Below are positions 25,083-38,933 of a DNA stretch of 64,000 nucleotides, one piece after another. The first letter of the stretch is position 1; each line of letters opens with the position of its first letter. Under the pieces are notes generated by a model. It searched no databases. It was not told the origin of the DNA and worked only from the letters and a program-made list of their open reading frames with translations. Made by a program: the position numbers and the translations under genes. The stretch is from NCBI GenBank assembly GCA_052327205.1, contig CM126203.1, positions 146,196,001-146,260,000 of the forward strand. The letters run 5' to 3'. This DNA is from Somniosus microcephalus (Eukaryota).

Positions 25083-26799
25083 GGTCTCAATTTTGCCGGC
25101 ACCCAGTGGACGGGTGGGTGGTGGCGGGTCAGCTGTATCAGGAACCCGCTGTCAAAACGTGCACACCTGCATTTCCCAATGTCGGGTCTGCCAGCGCTGA
25201 GCAGACCTGACAGGCAGCAGCAAGGGACCCAATTCTAATCATTAGTGGCTTATTTACAGCTACTTAACAATGCTTTTGTCCCAGCTTTTTGAATTTGACA
25301 AGCTGCCTACCAGTTTCCCGCTGTGCTTGTCAGTGAAGCTGAGGCAGGAGGTCAGTAGCCATTGAATCAGCTGTTGAGTTGACCGCTTCAAATATAAAGT
25401 AAAAGCTCCCAGCTGACTGAGAAATGTTCCCTTAACCACTAACTTCTCTAAACTGCATTTCCACTACAGATTCAGAATGCTGCAACTCTTTACACAAGTC
25501 TCCATCCAGTCTGACCTCATTACCTCTCCCCCCATTGACATTGCTTCTGTCATCTCTACTTCGCGTGCCATCTATTCCATCAGCATAGGTGCAATTGATA
25601 CACTCTCACCTTGGTCCTCAGAATCTGACCACGATGAGCCCCAACATCAGCAGCACAACAACCACACCAACCTTCTCTGCAATCACCTGATGCTGCACAG
25701 GACAGAGGGCATCAGCACCCGAACACATTGCTGCCCGGGAGGCCAAGGATGGCCTCACCATGGCCACATTTACTTCACTTGATGCTGTACACTCTGGCTG
25801 CCACATGATGCGCCAGGTTGGCACCACCCCACACCAACAACATAAAGCATCCCTAGAATGCCCAAGCCATTCCTTTCACACTCATCAGCATTGTGGGGGG
25901 TACCGTTTTGTCTCACCATTCACTACAACTCACGAAACCATTTCCAAAGGTGCACACAAATCTGTCCAAGAACGCAAAGTTGAAAATAAAGTTTTCAATG
26001 TTTGACAGCACATTAACAGAAACATCACATGAACTTTGGCTAAAACACACAAGTGCCTATCCTTGTGTGTTGTTAGTTGGTATGATTGGACTAGGATGAG
26101 GGTGAGTGTGAGGGGTGGCTAGTGAAATGGGGAAGTGATAATGTAGATAGAGAGGAATAGGTGGTGGTGCAAGGTAGGTTGGTGTGAGTAAGGATGTGCA
26201 GGAGTAGGGTAGGGAAGGCAGAGTGATGGGGATGTGATGAGTGGCACAGCAGGATGAGGTTGAGTGTGGCTTTGCAGTAACGTTTCGTGATCTACTGAGA
26301 TCATTGAAAGGTTTGTGCCAGTGCAGCCTGGGCCTCCTGACAACATCCCTGCATGTGCCCTCCTTTGCAGTGTGCAACCAGGCTGTGTTGGTCTCTTGGG
26401 GAGATCTCTTCCGCCCATTGGAAGGGAAGAGAACCTCCCTGCGTGCTGTGACTCCCTCCATAGTATATGAAGGGAGTCTTGGGAGAGCCTGGGTGCAGCC
26501 GTGCACCCCTGTGCAGTGCTTGTCGGTGTTTGCAGCACCTCAATGCTGTAGAGCACTGACAGCACAACTGTCAAAGTAAATTTGACCATGGCCCGTTTAA
26601 GGAAACCGTCTGATGACACGTCATCAAATGACGTCATCAGACCCGCTTCCTTCAATTGGCTGGCAAACTCGCTGGGCGGGCTTAACAAGCTCAATCAGGG
26701 GAAAGTCATGTTGGAGGTCAGGATGGAGACAGGAGCGGGGCCGAGACTCGCCACCGATGTTGCCCGCCATGGACCCGCCGAAGTAGGGAAAATCTTGCC
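25083..26799 (-). mobile_element. non-autonomous Harbinger derivative with decayed Myb-like exon
   Basis: Minus strand MEGVTARREVLFPSNGRKR...TAWLH...FNDL. Reverse-complement similar to 61731-63850, and ends similar to 44255-45127. Confidence 0.75.
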
Positions 26800-27774
26800 T
26801 TTGATTCTTGATTTTGTGATCCTCATCGGCTGAGTGTGAGGTCCTGCCGGCAGCATGCGGAATTGCAAGATTTATTCCTGTAACTGCAGCGCCAATGCAC
26901 AGCGAAATCACTGTGCAGCAGCATTACAGTTGTAATGTGAATGCACTATTACATTACATGGTGCATATGAAAATCCATATGGACTATCAGGGTGAAATTA
27001 TTGTGCTGGCTCTTTTGAAAATCTAATAGCCTACAGCAGAGTTTGTTATGCTCCTTATTATTTTCATATTCCTGCCCCTCTGCAGCAGCTGAAATGATAG
27101 TACTGCAAATCCCACATATTATGACATAAAAATGTTTTAATACCATTGCTAAAAATATGTAAAAAATTATGCCAGCAGCACTGTTAATGATTTGCATAAT
27201 TCTTGATGTGGTAAAGATCTTGTTTTGAAGCAAAAGGCAACGCTAAACAAATGTTGGCATGATGTTGGAATTAATATAAGAACTGCTGAATCTTCCATTT
27301 AAAGTCTTCTTATACGATGGTTAACCACATGCAGTATGTAAAAGAAAGGCCATTTTCCACATTGGTTGCTTTGAAGTTGAAGCGATGAAGTGTTTTTGTT
27401 GACAATGTACAAGTTGTAGCATGAAGGCTGTATGCTCAGTCTGGTGCTATGCCAGTGAGCAACAGCAAATATTGTAATGTAAACAAATTAACTTAATCGT
27501 TCAATACAATTTATAAACTTGAAAGCAAGGCAAACAAACAAGTCTGACTGTTGTCTTGTGCCAAAACAGTAATTGGAATAAACTGTAGAAATGCACTCGA
27601 GTGTATGAGAACAGCACCACATTTTTTAAATAAATGCTTAGTTAGCATTTTGTTCTGCTAATTGTTCTGTGTGACAATAATAATGGGCATTTTATAAGTT
27701 ACTAATACCATCAGTAATAACTTTGGGTTATATCGGTCTCAAAATGAATTCAATATTAATGAATATTCGCACTA

Positions 27775-28425
27775 TGGTCTAAAAATCTGATCGCGCCTGA
27801 ACATGAGTGCGATCGGGGTTCAACGGCTGCTGCACGCACTTTAAGAGACCGGCGGCAGGAGCACGGAATATTTGGTCAGCTGGCCTCATTTGTATATTAC
27901 CGATGAGCTGCGGGCTCCACTGGTGGCCCCAGAGGCAGCTCACCGGTCGTGGAGATTGGTGAACTGGGACGCTGGCCAAAGGCCGTAGGTAAGTCTAGGG
28001 ATGAGGCAGTCGAGATGGGAGCATCGTGCGGCTTCAATGAGCACCCCTGCTTCTGCTGGCTCCACATTCAGGTAAGTATAACATTTTGTACTTAACTTTT
28101 TGCTGGCATTCCTTTAAGGACCGGTGGTTTGGTTGCTGTGCGATGGAAAAAATTGGCTGCAGCATGCACGGCACATACTGTGGTCAGTCATGACCAAATT
28201 TAGGAAGAGGGGGCTGAAACATGGGTTATGCCCCTGATTTGCATAAGTAATGGGCCTAAAGCCTGTTTCAGGCAGGCATCCTGGGCGACTACAGGACACC
28301 CTAACTAATATGGTGTGAGGCATACTTCTACTGCAGACTGAGCGCATGCTGCACACCATATTGGACCCTTTAACGCCGGTTTCTCGCCCAAAAAGCAGGC
28401 GCTGTGCAATCGATTTTCTAGGTCC
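27775..28425. mobile_element. degenerate Harbinger-type MITE
   Basis: Imperfect TIRs GGTCTAAAAATC / GATTTTCTAGGTCC around a GC-rich core in AT-rich DNA. Confidence 0.55.
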
Positions 28426-28617
28426 ATGTGTCCTCATTTGTTTTTCATGAATGTTCTCTTTAATATGAGGAACATTGGTGCAGAGGAAAGGAACATCTTT
28501 CCAATTTCAGGGAGTCAGTGCAAGTATCAAGTCAGGTATAACACTTGGATCCAGAAAAAAGTTCCCACTACTCTGCTTCAGCTCTAACTTCATTAGAATA
28601 CCAATCACATCCAGTTA

Positions 28618-28688
28618 GCTCTGTTTCTCTCTCCACAGATGCTGCCTGACCTGCTGAGTATTTCCAGCATTTTCTGTTTTTATTTCAG
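28618..28688 (+). mobile_element. Penelope-like repeat fragment
   Basis: CTCTGTTTCTCTCTCCACAGATGCTGCCTGACCTGCTGAGTATTTCCAGCATTTTCTG matches an abundant shark repeat, recalled from memory. Confidence 0.55.
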
Positions 28689-28919
28689 TCACATCCTGTG
28701 GTGTTTCTGCATGATTGCCAATTAGTGACAAATTTAAGGTAGCTTTTGTGCTATGGCCCCTGTCCACTAGGAACTGGATTGAGCCTGCTCAGTTCAAATT
28801 CCATATCACATTGAACTCTTCTAAACAGACAGAGGAGACTTTCATCCCATCAGTCTGTATTGGATTTGAACCAAAGTCCCAGAGGTAAAAGGCCAGTGTA
28901 TTTTCATGTCCCCTGAAGT

Positions 28920-30010
28920 TTCTATTTCATTCCTTCTTCAAAGAATGGAAAAACTTTCTCCTCCGTTATTCTAGTAGTAATCGTCAGCCAATGTTCTCTT
29001 GTTACCGACTTGCCAATCAGTGGAAGCAATCTTTCATCTTCAAGAAACCTTTCATAATTTTGATAACCTCGATTAGTTCCTCCATAACCTAGTTTGTTGC
29101 AGTGAAAAAAATTCCCACTTTTTTGAGTCGTCATAAATATAATCACTCATTCCAACAAAGGTTCCAGTAAATCTTTGTTGTACCTCTCCCATGGCCTTAA
29201 TATCCTTCTTACATTTCAACAGTGACTACACTTAAGTACTTCATTGGCTGTAAAGCGCTTTGGGACGTCCTGAGGTCGTGAAACACGCTATATAAATGCA
29301 AGTCGTTCTTTTTTTCCTATAATGGGTTGCCCAGAACTGCACACAATGGGCTGAATTTTACCGGCGCTCGGAGTGCGGGTTTGGAGGTGGGTCCGCTGTC
29401 AAAATCATAAAGAATGACAGTGGGTCGGTATCCCGCTGTAAACCCACCTCCTTGTCAGTTTCCCCAGTGTCGGGTCTGTCATCCCTGAACAGACCCAACA
29501 CCAAGCGGCGGGTCAGTCGATTTAGATAGTTAAAAGCTTCTTAAAAGGCAGTTAAGAACCATTTTGCCATGTACTTACCATTTTAACAGGTTATCAACGA
29601 GGTTCCCAGGGAGCGGCTATCACGTCAGGTAAGCATATTGGGTTCTCAGTGACTGTGGATTGCTGTGAATAGGTGAAAGCTGCAAAAGTGGTCTAAAACC
29701 TATAATTTCAATACTCCAGCTATAGCCTAACCAATGACTTTCAACAGCCTTTCCTTTTATGTTCAATATCCCTATATGTAATTCCATTTGCCTTTTATGG
29801 CATTTTCTACCGACACTTCCACCTTTACAGATCTGTGCATTTGTACCGCTAGATTTTTCTGTTCCTCCATTCTTGCGGTTTAGGGTATACTTCCTTTCAC
29901 CGTTCCTTTACCCAAAATATACTTCACATTTCTGTACATTGAACTGCATCTGCCACCTATTGCACACTCCACTAACTTGTATATGTCCTTCTGTATTTTC
30001 CTGTTTTATT
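28920..30010 (-). mobile_element. old CR1 fragment with a nested SINE/L2-type tail (~29210-29310) and a Harbinger MITE piece (~29348-29690)
   Basis: Degenerate minus-strand CR1 3' ORF2; AAAGCGCTTTGGGACGTCCTGAGGTCGTGAAA..GCTATATAAATGCAAG tail; GGGCTGAATTTTACC TIR. Confidence 0.55.
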
Positions 30011-30619
30011 CACAGTTTGCCTACACTTGTCACTACCCCTGGACCTGTGGTTATAGATTCCAGTACACCCACCTGCACATGTCACGGGAAACCTGTCTTT
30101 ATTATTTCCACTTCACAAGTGAGGGTGCCACACAGTTTTGCCATGTGCTGGAGGTTTACCTGCATACAACTTGTACTATAGAGTTGGTTCATGCCATTGA
30201 CTTTGCATTAAACTTTTAAGCCACTACTGGTGACGTATTCCAGTTTAGCCTGTTGACTGTCCACAAATGTATTAATAAATCCAAAGAAGTAACATGTTCA
30301 TCACTTTCGCTTTGGAAAGAAAAGGGCACTGACTGTTTCCCGGGTGCCATGTTTCCTAAAAGTATAGAGCATTATTGTTAATGGCACTCATGTACTGCAC
30401 AGACCACTAATTTTAAGTGTGCATAGCCCTTTAAATTTGAGCTGCTAACTAGATTTTGTGCACCACCTTGTGGCCAGCACAATGCCAAAGCTGTGCTCGG
30501 AGTTTATGTTAATTATTCAAATAAGCTGACCTTGCAAAATTGGGCACAATCAGCTCAGTTTGCTGTGAGCCAGCTTGACCCTAGTTGGGCCAACCATTTC
30601 CAGCTCAGGATTTAGACGT

Positions 30620-31330
30620 TTAGCCGCAACCACGGTATGAATGACTTCCTGGCTTATCCTTTCCACTTTCTTGAATAAGGGTGTGTTACATTTGCCGCCC
30701 TCCGATCCTTTGACAGAATTCCCATTCCAAAGATTTTGTAAAATTATGGTTTGTGCTTCCACTATTTCCCACAGTATTCTGGGCTTGGTGACTTTTCTAT
30801 TTTTTAGTCCAGTTAGTGGCTTCTATGCAATGTCTTTTTGAATACTTATTTCCGGTCATGGCTCTTAAGCATCTCCTCCGGTACTGCTGCAATCTTAGTT
30901 TTATCTTATTCTGTGAAAACTAACACAAAATACTTATTAGTCATCTCTGCCATTCCCTCACTTTCAAATACAAGATGACCTCTTCATCTTTAAGTGGGCC
31001 CATTGCTTCTTTGAGTGTTCTTGTACTTCTTATGTGCTTATAAAAGCCCTTGATATTTTCCTTTATGTTAACTGTCAAATCTTCTTGAAAACTACCTCTT
31101 AGCCTTCCTAACCTTTTTTCTTTCTATTCCTTTTACAATTTTCATAGTTTTTTTTTGTATTATCCCCATACTTATTTTATGCCTTTTTAAAAAAAATCTC
31201 TTTTTTTGTTCGATTTATCCATGAAACCCCTGAATTGACATACTCCCTTTACTTCTAGTCACAATGCATTGAACATGTACCTTATCAAGCTCATATTTAA
31301 GTATATCTCACTGCTGGTCCATTACTTGAT
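30620..31330 (-). mobile_element. highly decayed CR1 ORF2 fragment
   Basis: Minus strand NTPLFKK..R; degenerate similarity to 36100-36850. Confidence 0.5.
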
Positions 31331-34300
31331 CTACCAAAGATGATTTTGCACAATTAAGAACAACTAAGACTAAATAATTTTAAACATTATAATTATTTAG
31401 GGTTTTAGCTTATTTAATAAAGCACAAAGATTTTGAAAACACTCAAAAATCCATCTCCGTAACCTTAATAGAACATTAAAATAAAAGGAGCAAAGACTAG
31501 CTGTAGAATTGCAAGTAATGTTAAGGGTACAATCAAACTTTTCATTAAAAAATTGCTGTGGTTCCTTACGTTAACATTTTTCATATGTTAACATCTTCCA
31601 TATGTTGATGATGGTTTTTATTTAAATATCCTCAGCCAGTTGTTGCTTATAATTGTGTTCTGCTGCAAGATGTTACACGTGGTGAAAATTTTCCATGCTC
31701 TGAAGTAGGGTGGGAGCATTTTGTGGTGTGTGTCAAATGGTTTAGGAAATAATTTTGTGTCCAGAAGAAAGGAAGCATGAGTGTGCGTACCGTATGTGTG
31801 CGAGAGTTGCAGAGGGACAAGGGTCTTTGATGGCAAAACTGAGTGTTTGAAGATATGAATCTTGCTGCCATTTTGTGGTTGTAATAAGCAGTACATAGCT
31901 CTGGTCTCTTTGAGACCACAAGTATGGTTGAAAAACCCAAAGAATCAACCACATTATTAAGATGCAAACAATTATATCAAATGCAATGCAGCAACTAATG
32001 TTTGTGTATGTTCATGTTGTGTATCTGTACAGCCCACATGTATGAAAGATACAGAGGATTGTGATACAGATTGTGAATCACTGAATGGGGAGTTTATTTA
32101 TTGAGTGAGAAGACCAACACATCATGACTGTCACAGGGATGAATGAGTTGTGTAATCCTGTTTAGGAGCAGAATGAATTTTATCATTAAGTATTTTGTGT
32201 GTGCCAGAAGCATCGTTTACAATATAATAACTTCTGATTTTTATGGGATGTGGTTTTTCACCACTCTCCTGAAGGCTTTGTCTGCCGTCTTGGAAATTGT
32301 TCTACAAGAGCTTCAAGTTGGAAATTATTAATAAGAAGTCCTGATTTTTGTGTTCTGGTGAAATGCAGTTTTTAATGGTTATGAACTGGTACAAATGGCG
32401 ATATGTTAAAAACAGGCAGTTTTTCTGGGTCAGAGCATTTGCATATTATTCTCAGCTCCAGATGCAATTTTGGATATGTGGTGGGAGTGGAAAATTATGG
32501 AGTTGATGAAGATTAATGAGATATGGACAATTAAAGGGAAGTGGCAAAAGAGGGGGACAAAAATCCTGGAAGCTTCTTGGAAAGACACAAAAAGACATCT
32601 CAACTCATTAGCACCTTTTCCTATGCTAAAGGGGGAAATGGGGAAAAAACTAATAGGCAAAAATGAAGTGAAAGGAAGCCCAATGTAGAGGCACGAGTCT
32701 TCAGTAAGTGACAGAGCAGCCCAGCTCTTGACCCTTTGTTGGCTACTGAAATGGAAATGATGTTGTACAAGGTGGTTGAAAGCACATGGCCTTGCTTGCC
32801 GCAACATGACACTATCCCCATTGGTCAGTATTGCAGTATGTCTGAAAGGAAGTCAAGGCAACCATCAGGCCACAGTTGGCTGTTACTGCCACTGGAAATG
32901 CCAGTGTGTGATGTGTGTAGTTAAAGCTAATCTTGTGCTTCTCCTATCTGAGTGACATATGTGAGGTTGTGGGCTGCTTCATTCCAGTGGAAACATCTTG
33001 GGACTGAAGTGGTCCTCATCTCATGACACCTAGACCCTGAGTTGGATCAGCTATTGGCTGCACCTCTTGTGCTATTTCATAGGCTGCTTGGCTTTGCCTC
33101 CGTTCTGCCACATGTGCAGGCATCATGGGGACCTGACAGGAAGGCATACATGTGCTGCTATCCTGAGACAGAGCACCATCATTTGCAAGCATTCTTGCTT
33201 TGCCACTGTTACTGGTCACTTGTTCTGCATGACCACTGATCTTTCGGAAAGCAGAACTAATAGGGCCACTTTTCCTGGCTCCCTCTTTGCCTGGCACTGG
33301 ATAGGAGCAGTGGACCTAAAGTACCATGTCAGCTCTCTAAAATTGGGGCTTTTTGGCTGGAGATCTCCATCAGCAGCCAAAGGTCCCAGTTACATCCAAT
33401 GGTCCCGGGAGGTGGAGGAAATAAAAATAAACATACGCTTCAGCTGGTTTCCGGTTATGGTTCCTCCTATTGGCAGGAGTCTGGGGACAGGCCAATGTGC
33501 AATATTTCAGCATGTGTTCTGCAGGGAAAATGAGGTGAGAGACTGGGAATGCCCCTCCTGCCTCATTGACATGGGATTGTCTAGCTTGCACCTACTGCAG
33601 GTGCAGGCCCAGCACTGCCTCCCAGGGAATCCCTGACACTCCTAATGCAACATAAAAGGGGCCTGGACCTGGCAAAACAGATATCTGGCCCCTTTTTTTT
33701 CCTGACATCTGCGCTGGGGAAGTGGGTGGAAACTACACTGGGAGGTAAAATCTTCCCTTACATGTCAGCGGAAGATGCAGTTCTCACAATATCCCTCTTC
33801 CAGTTAGGTTTACATCTTATTGGCAAGTCTGCGGTATTATCGTCTTGGTTCTAACACGTTATATGACCCAGGAGTAAAATTACAGAGGGTTATTTTGGCC
33901 AAAGGGTGAAAACAGGTGGTAAATGGGTGCTGTGCTGTTTGAAAGTCTGGATTCAGAATGCAATTTTCGAGCTAATTGATGATTATCATGATTCGAATGT
34001 GCCTGCAGGCACTAACCAGAAACCTGAAGGTTTAGCACTCAAGTGCTGAATAGACACAATTTTTGTGGAGCTGTATATGTATCCGGCGCTCACCCACTTC
34101 AGCTGAAGTTGTAGAGTGCGATGGCTGGGAGTGGAAGGATGTTGCAAGGAGCACAAGTGAGTGTGCCCAGGTTCTCTGATGTGGCACTGGAGGTCCTTGT
34201 GAAGGCGGTAGAGAGGAGGAGGGATGTCCTCTACCCACAGTGGGGACGGAGGACACAGAGGCAGCTTGTGTGTCGCATGTGGGAAAAGACCACCTGGGAG

Positions 34301-34786
34301 GTCATAGCCAGGAGCCCTGGTCCCAGGACATGGCTCCAGTGTCGCAAGAAATTTAATAACTTAACATGAGTGGTCAAGGTTAAGATCCCATCTCACAAGC
34401 ACACTTCTCAATAACTGCACAAACAACCTCAATACTTTTCATCCACCATCTAACTATACACGGACATTCACACACCCCACACTATTGCATCCTTCACAGG
34501 CACTACTCACATCTCAGACACATGTCACAGCTCTTCAACCATGTGAGGCATCATACATACATAAGAACATAAGAAATAGGAGCAGGAGTAGGCCAATCGG
34601 CCCCTCGAGCCTGCTCCGCCATTCAATAAGATCATGGCTGATCTGATCCTAACCGCCAATCCACTATCACAGAACCATCTTCTGAATCTAACAGAATTAG
34701 ACACACGAAATAGGAGCAGGATCAGGCTACACGGCCCCTGGGCCCGCTCCGCTACCCACAGGGCCATGACCGATCCGAACCTAGAC

Positions 34787-37771
34787 TCATGTCCAAATTC
34801 CTGCCCGCTCCCTGTAACCCTTAATTCCCTTTACTTCTAGGAAACTGTCTATTTCTGTTTTAAATTTATGTAATGATGTAGCTTCTACAGCTTTTTGGGG
34901 CAGCATATTCCATGGACCTACCACCCTCTGAGTGAAGTAGTTCCTCCTCATCTCAGTTTTGAAAGAGCAGGCCCTTATTCTAAGACTATGCCCCCTAGTT
35001 CTAGTTTCACCCATCATCGGGAACATCTTCCCCGCATCCACCCGATCCAACCCCTTCACAATCTTATATGTTTCAATAAGATCGCCTCTCATTCTTCCGA
35101 ACTCCAATGAGTAGAGTCCCAATCTACTCAACCTCTCCTTATATGTCCATCCCCTCATCCCCGGGATTAACCGAGTGAACCTTCTTTGTACTGACTCGAG
35201 AGCAAGTATGTCCTTTCTTAAGTATGGACACCAAAACTGTACGCAGTATTCCAGGTGCGGTCTCACCAATACCTTGTACAACTGAAGCAATACCTCCCTA
35301 TTTTTATATTCTATCCCCCTAGCAATGAAAGCCAACATTCCATTGGCCTTCTTAATCACTTGCTGCACCTGCATACTAACCTTTTGAGTTTCGTGCACCA
35401 GGACCCCCAGATCCCTTTGTACTTCAGTACTTTCCAGTTTCTTGCCATTAAGATAATAACTTGCTCTACGATTTTTCCTGCCAAAGTGCATAACCTCACA
35501 CTTTCCAGTATTGTATTCCATCTGCCAAATCTCTGCCCACTTACTTAGCCTGTCGATGTCCCCTTGCAGGTTTTTTATGTCCTCCTCACTCATTACTTTC
35601 CCTCCCATCTTAGTATCATCTGCAAACTTTGATATGTTACACTCGGTCCCCTCCTCCAAATCGTTAATATAGATTGTAAAGAGTTGGGGACCCAGCACTG
35701 ACCCCTACGGAACACCACTAGTTACTGATTGCCAGTCTGAGAATGAACCATTTATCCCAACTCTCTGCCTTCCGTTAGATAGCCAATCCTCTATCCATGC
35801 CAGAATATTACCCCCAATCCCGTGATTTTTTATCTTAAGCAATAATCTTTTGTGTGGCACCTTGTCAAATGCCTTTTGGAAGTCTAAATACACTACGTCC
35901 ACTGGTTGCCCTTTATCCACCCTATACGTTACTTCCTCAAAGAACTCCAGCAAATTTGTCAAACATGACTTCCCCTTCATAAAACCATGCTGACTTTGAC
36001 CTATTAAATTATGATTGTCCAAATGTCCTGTTACTGTCTCCTTAATAATGGACTCCAAAATTTTACCTACCACAGATGTTAGGCTAACCGGTCTATAGTT
36101 TCCAGCCTTCTGTCTACTGCCCTTTTTAAATAAGGGTGTTACATTAGCAGTTTTCCAGTCTGCCGGGACCTTTGCCGAGTCCAGGGAGTTTTGGAAAATT
36201 ATTACCAATGCATCCACAATCCCTACCGCCACTTCCCTCAAGACCCTAGGATGTAAGCCATCAGGTCCAGGTGATTTATCCGCCTTGAGTCCCATTACTT
36301 TACCGAATACCACTTCCTTAGTGATTTTGATTGTGTTTAGCTCCTCCCCCCCTTTAGCCCCCTGTTTGTCCAGTGTTGGGATATTCTTAGTGTCTTCTAC
36401 TGTAAAGACTGATGTAAAATATTCATTCAGTGTTTTTGCCATCTCCATATTTCCCACCATTAATTTCCCAGTCTCATCCTCTAAGGGACCAACATTTACT
36501 TTAGCCACCCTTTTTCTTTTTATATAACTATAAAAACTCTTACTATCTGTTTTTATATTTTTTGCTAATTTACTTTCATAATCTATCTTCCCTTTCTTAA
36601 TCAATCTTTTTGTTATTTTTTGCTGTCTTTTAAAGTTTTCCCAATCCTCTATCCTCCCACTAGATTTGGCTACCTTATATGCCCTTGTTTTTATTCGAAT
36701 ACTATCCTTAATTTCTTTACTTAGCCACGGATGGCTGTCTTTTCTTTTACACCCTTTTCTTCTCAGTGGAATATATATTTTTTGGAAGTTGTAAAATAAC
36801 TCCTTAAATGTACACCACTGATCATGTATCGTCTTACCTTTTAATCTATTTTCCCAATCCACTCTACTCAATTCCGCTCTCATACCTTCATAGTCTCCTT
36901 TATTCAAGCTTAGCACGCTTGTTTGAGATCCAACCTACTCACCCTCTAATTGAATATGGAATTCAACCATGTTATGGTCACTCATTCCAAGGGGATCCTT
37001 TACTAGGACATTTTTAATTAATCCTGTCTCGTTACACAGGACCAGATCTAAGGTTGCTTGCCCCCTGGTCGGTTCAGTTACATACTGCTCAAGAAACCCA
37101 TCCCTAATACACTCAATGAACTCATCCTCAAGGCAGCACTGCCCAATTTGATTTGTCCAATTAATATGATAGTTAAAATCCCCCATAATTATAGACGTTC
37201 CCTTATTACAAGCCTCAACTATTTCCTGATTGATACTCCGTCCAACAGAGTTGCCACTGTTCAGAGGCCTATAGACTATGCCCACTAGTGTTTTTTTCCC
37301 CTTATTATTCCTTACCTCCACCCAAACTGTTTCATTATCCTGATCTTTTGACCCAATATCATTTCTCTGTATTACAGTGATTCCTTCCTTTATTAACATA
37401 GCCACCCCACCTCCCCTTCCTTCCTGCCTGTCCTTCCTGATCGTTAAATAACCTGGTATGTTTAATTCCCAGGCATTGTCACCCTGCAGCCATGTTTCTG
37501 TAATGGCCACAAGATCATACCCATATGTAGTTATTTGTGCCATTAACTCGTCTATTTTGTTACGAATGCTACGTGCATTCAGATAGAGAACTTTCAAATA
37601 TGTTTTGTGACACTTAGTTCCTGCTTTTGCCCTTTTTATTACTTTACCTTTTACTCCATATCTTCTGCCCCTTCCTGACACGCTCTGGTTTTTAATTTCC
37701 CCACTGCTACCTAAGTCTATGACCTTCTCTGTTATTTTTATTATTTGCTCTCTAGGAACCTCCCCCCCCAC
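34787..37771 (-). pseudogene. CR1 ORF2 (AP endonuclease + reverse transcriptase), at least 2 lesions
   Basis: YLNARS, ITETW, GDFN, SDH (EN); YLDFQKAFD, GVP*GSVLGP, FADD (RT); frameshift near 36920-36935 and stop at 35705. Confidence 0.93.
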
Positions 37772-37774
37772 TAG

Positions 37775-38723
37775 TTAGTTTAAAGCCCTCTCTACAGCCC
37801 TAGTTTTATGATCCGCCAGGACTCTAGTCCCAGCACTGGCCAGGTGAAGCCCGTCCCAACGGAACAGCTCCCTCCTGCCCCGGTACTGGTGCCAGTGTCC
37901 CAGGAAGCAAAACCCATTTCTCCCACACCAGTCTTTGAGCCACGCATTTAACTCTCTAATTTTATTTGTCCTAGCCAAATTCGCTCGTGGCTCAGGTAAT
38001 AATCATTACCCTTGTGGTTCTGCTTTTTAATTTGGCCCCTAGCTGCTCAAACTCCCTCAGCAGAACCTCCTTCCTTGTCCTATCTATGTCGTTGGTACCA
38101 ACATGGACCACGACAACTGGATCCTCCCCCTCCCACTCCAAGTTTCTCTCCAGCCCAGAGGAGATGTCCTTAACCCTGGCACCGGGTAGGCAACACAGCC
38201 TTCGGGACTCTCGCTCTCGGCTGCAAAGAACTCTATCTATCCCCCTAACGATACTATCCCCTACCACTACAACATTTCTTTTAACTCCCCCCACTTGAAT
38301 GGCCCCCTGCTCCACGGTGCTGTGGCCAGGTTGCTCATCCTCCCTGCAGTCCCTGCTCCTGTCCCCACAGGGAGTAAGAGCCTCGAACCTGTTGGACAAG
38401 TGCAAGGGCTGCGGCTCCTCCAACACTACCTCCTGGATCCCCGTACCTGCCTCACTTCTAGTCACACCATCCTGACCCTGGCCACGGACTACATCTGCAT
38501 TAATTAATCTAATTGGTGTGACTACCTCGTGATACACAGAGTCCAGGTAACTCTCCCCCTCCCTGATGTGTCTCAGTATTTGAAACTCGGACTTCAGCTC
38601 TTGAACACAGAGCCGGAATTCCTCGAGCAGCCAACACTTACTGCAAATGTGATCACTGTGAGCATCAATGGTGTTCACCAGCTCCCACATATTGCAGCAG
38701 CAACACATCACCTGATCTCCCAT
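37775..38723 (-). pseudogene. CR1 ORF1: Cys-rich N-terminus plus SGNH/GDSL esterase-like domain
   Basis: CCCCNMW..HICSKC; VVVVGDSIVRG, HVGTND, DGLHL motifs; frameshift near 37990. Confidence 0.88.
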
Positions 38724-38933
38724 TCTATGTAATTAATTAAATTTATTAATATTATTCTTAAATATCCTCTGCCCCGATTCTAGATGGTGAATATCACACC
38801 TTAGAAACTATAAACCAAAGAGATTTAAGCTTAAAAGGGAGAAATACTTACCAACCAATCACTTACCCGCTTTCTGGTGACGTCACACTTGGATTACTTT
38901 TTACCTCTCTCCTTCCAGACTGGAGACTGGTAC

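Noticed and set aside
28618-28688. Penelope-associated hammerhead ribozyme
   Set aside because: The CTGANGA...GAAA core is not present in this truncated fragment
33016-33636. 189-aa ORF as a possible host exon
   Set aside because: No recognisable homology or exon structure; lies among degenerate Harbinger-like remnants
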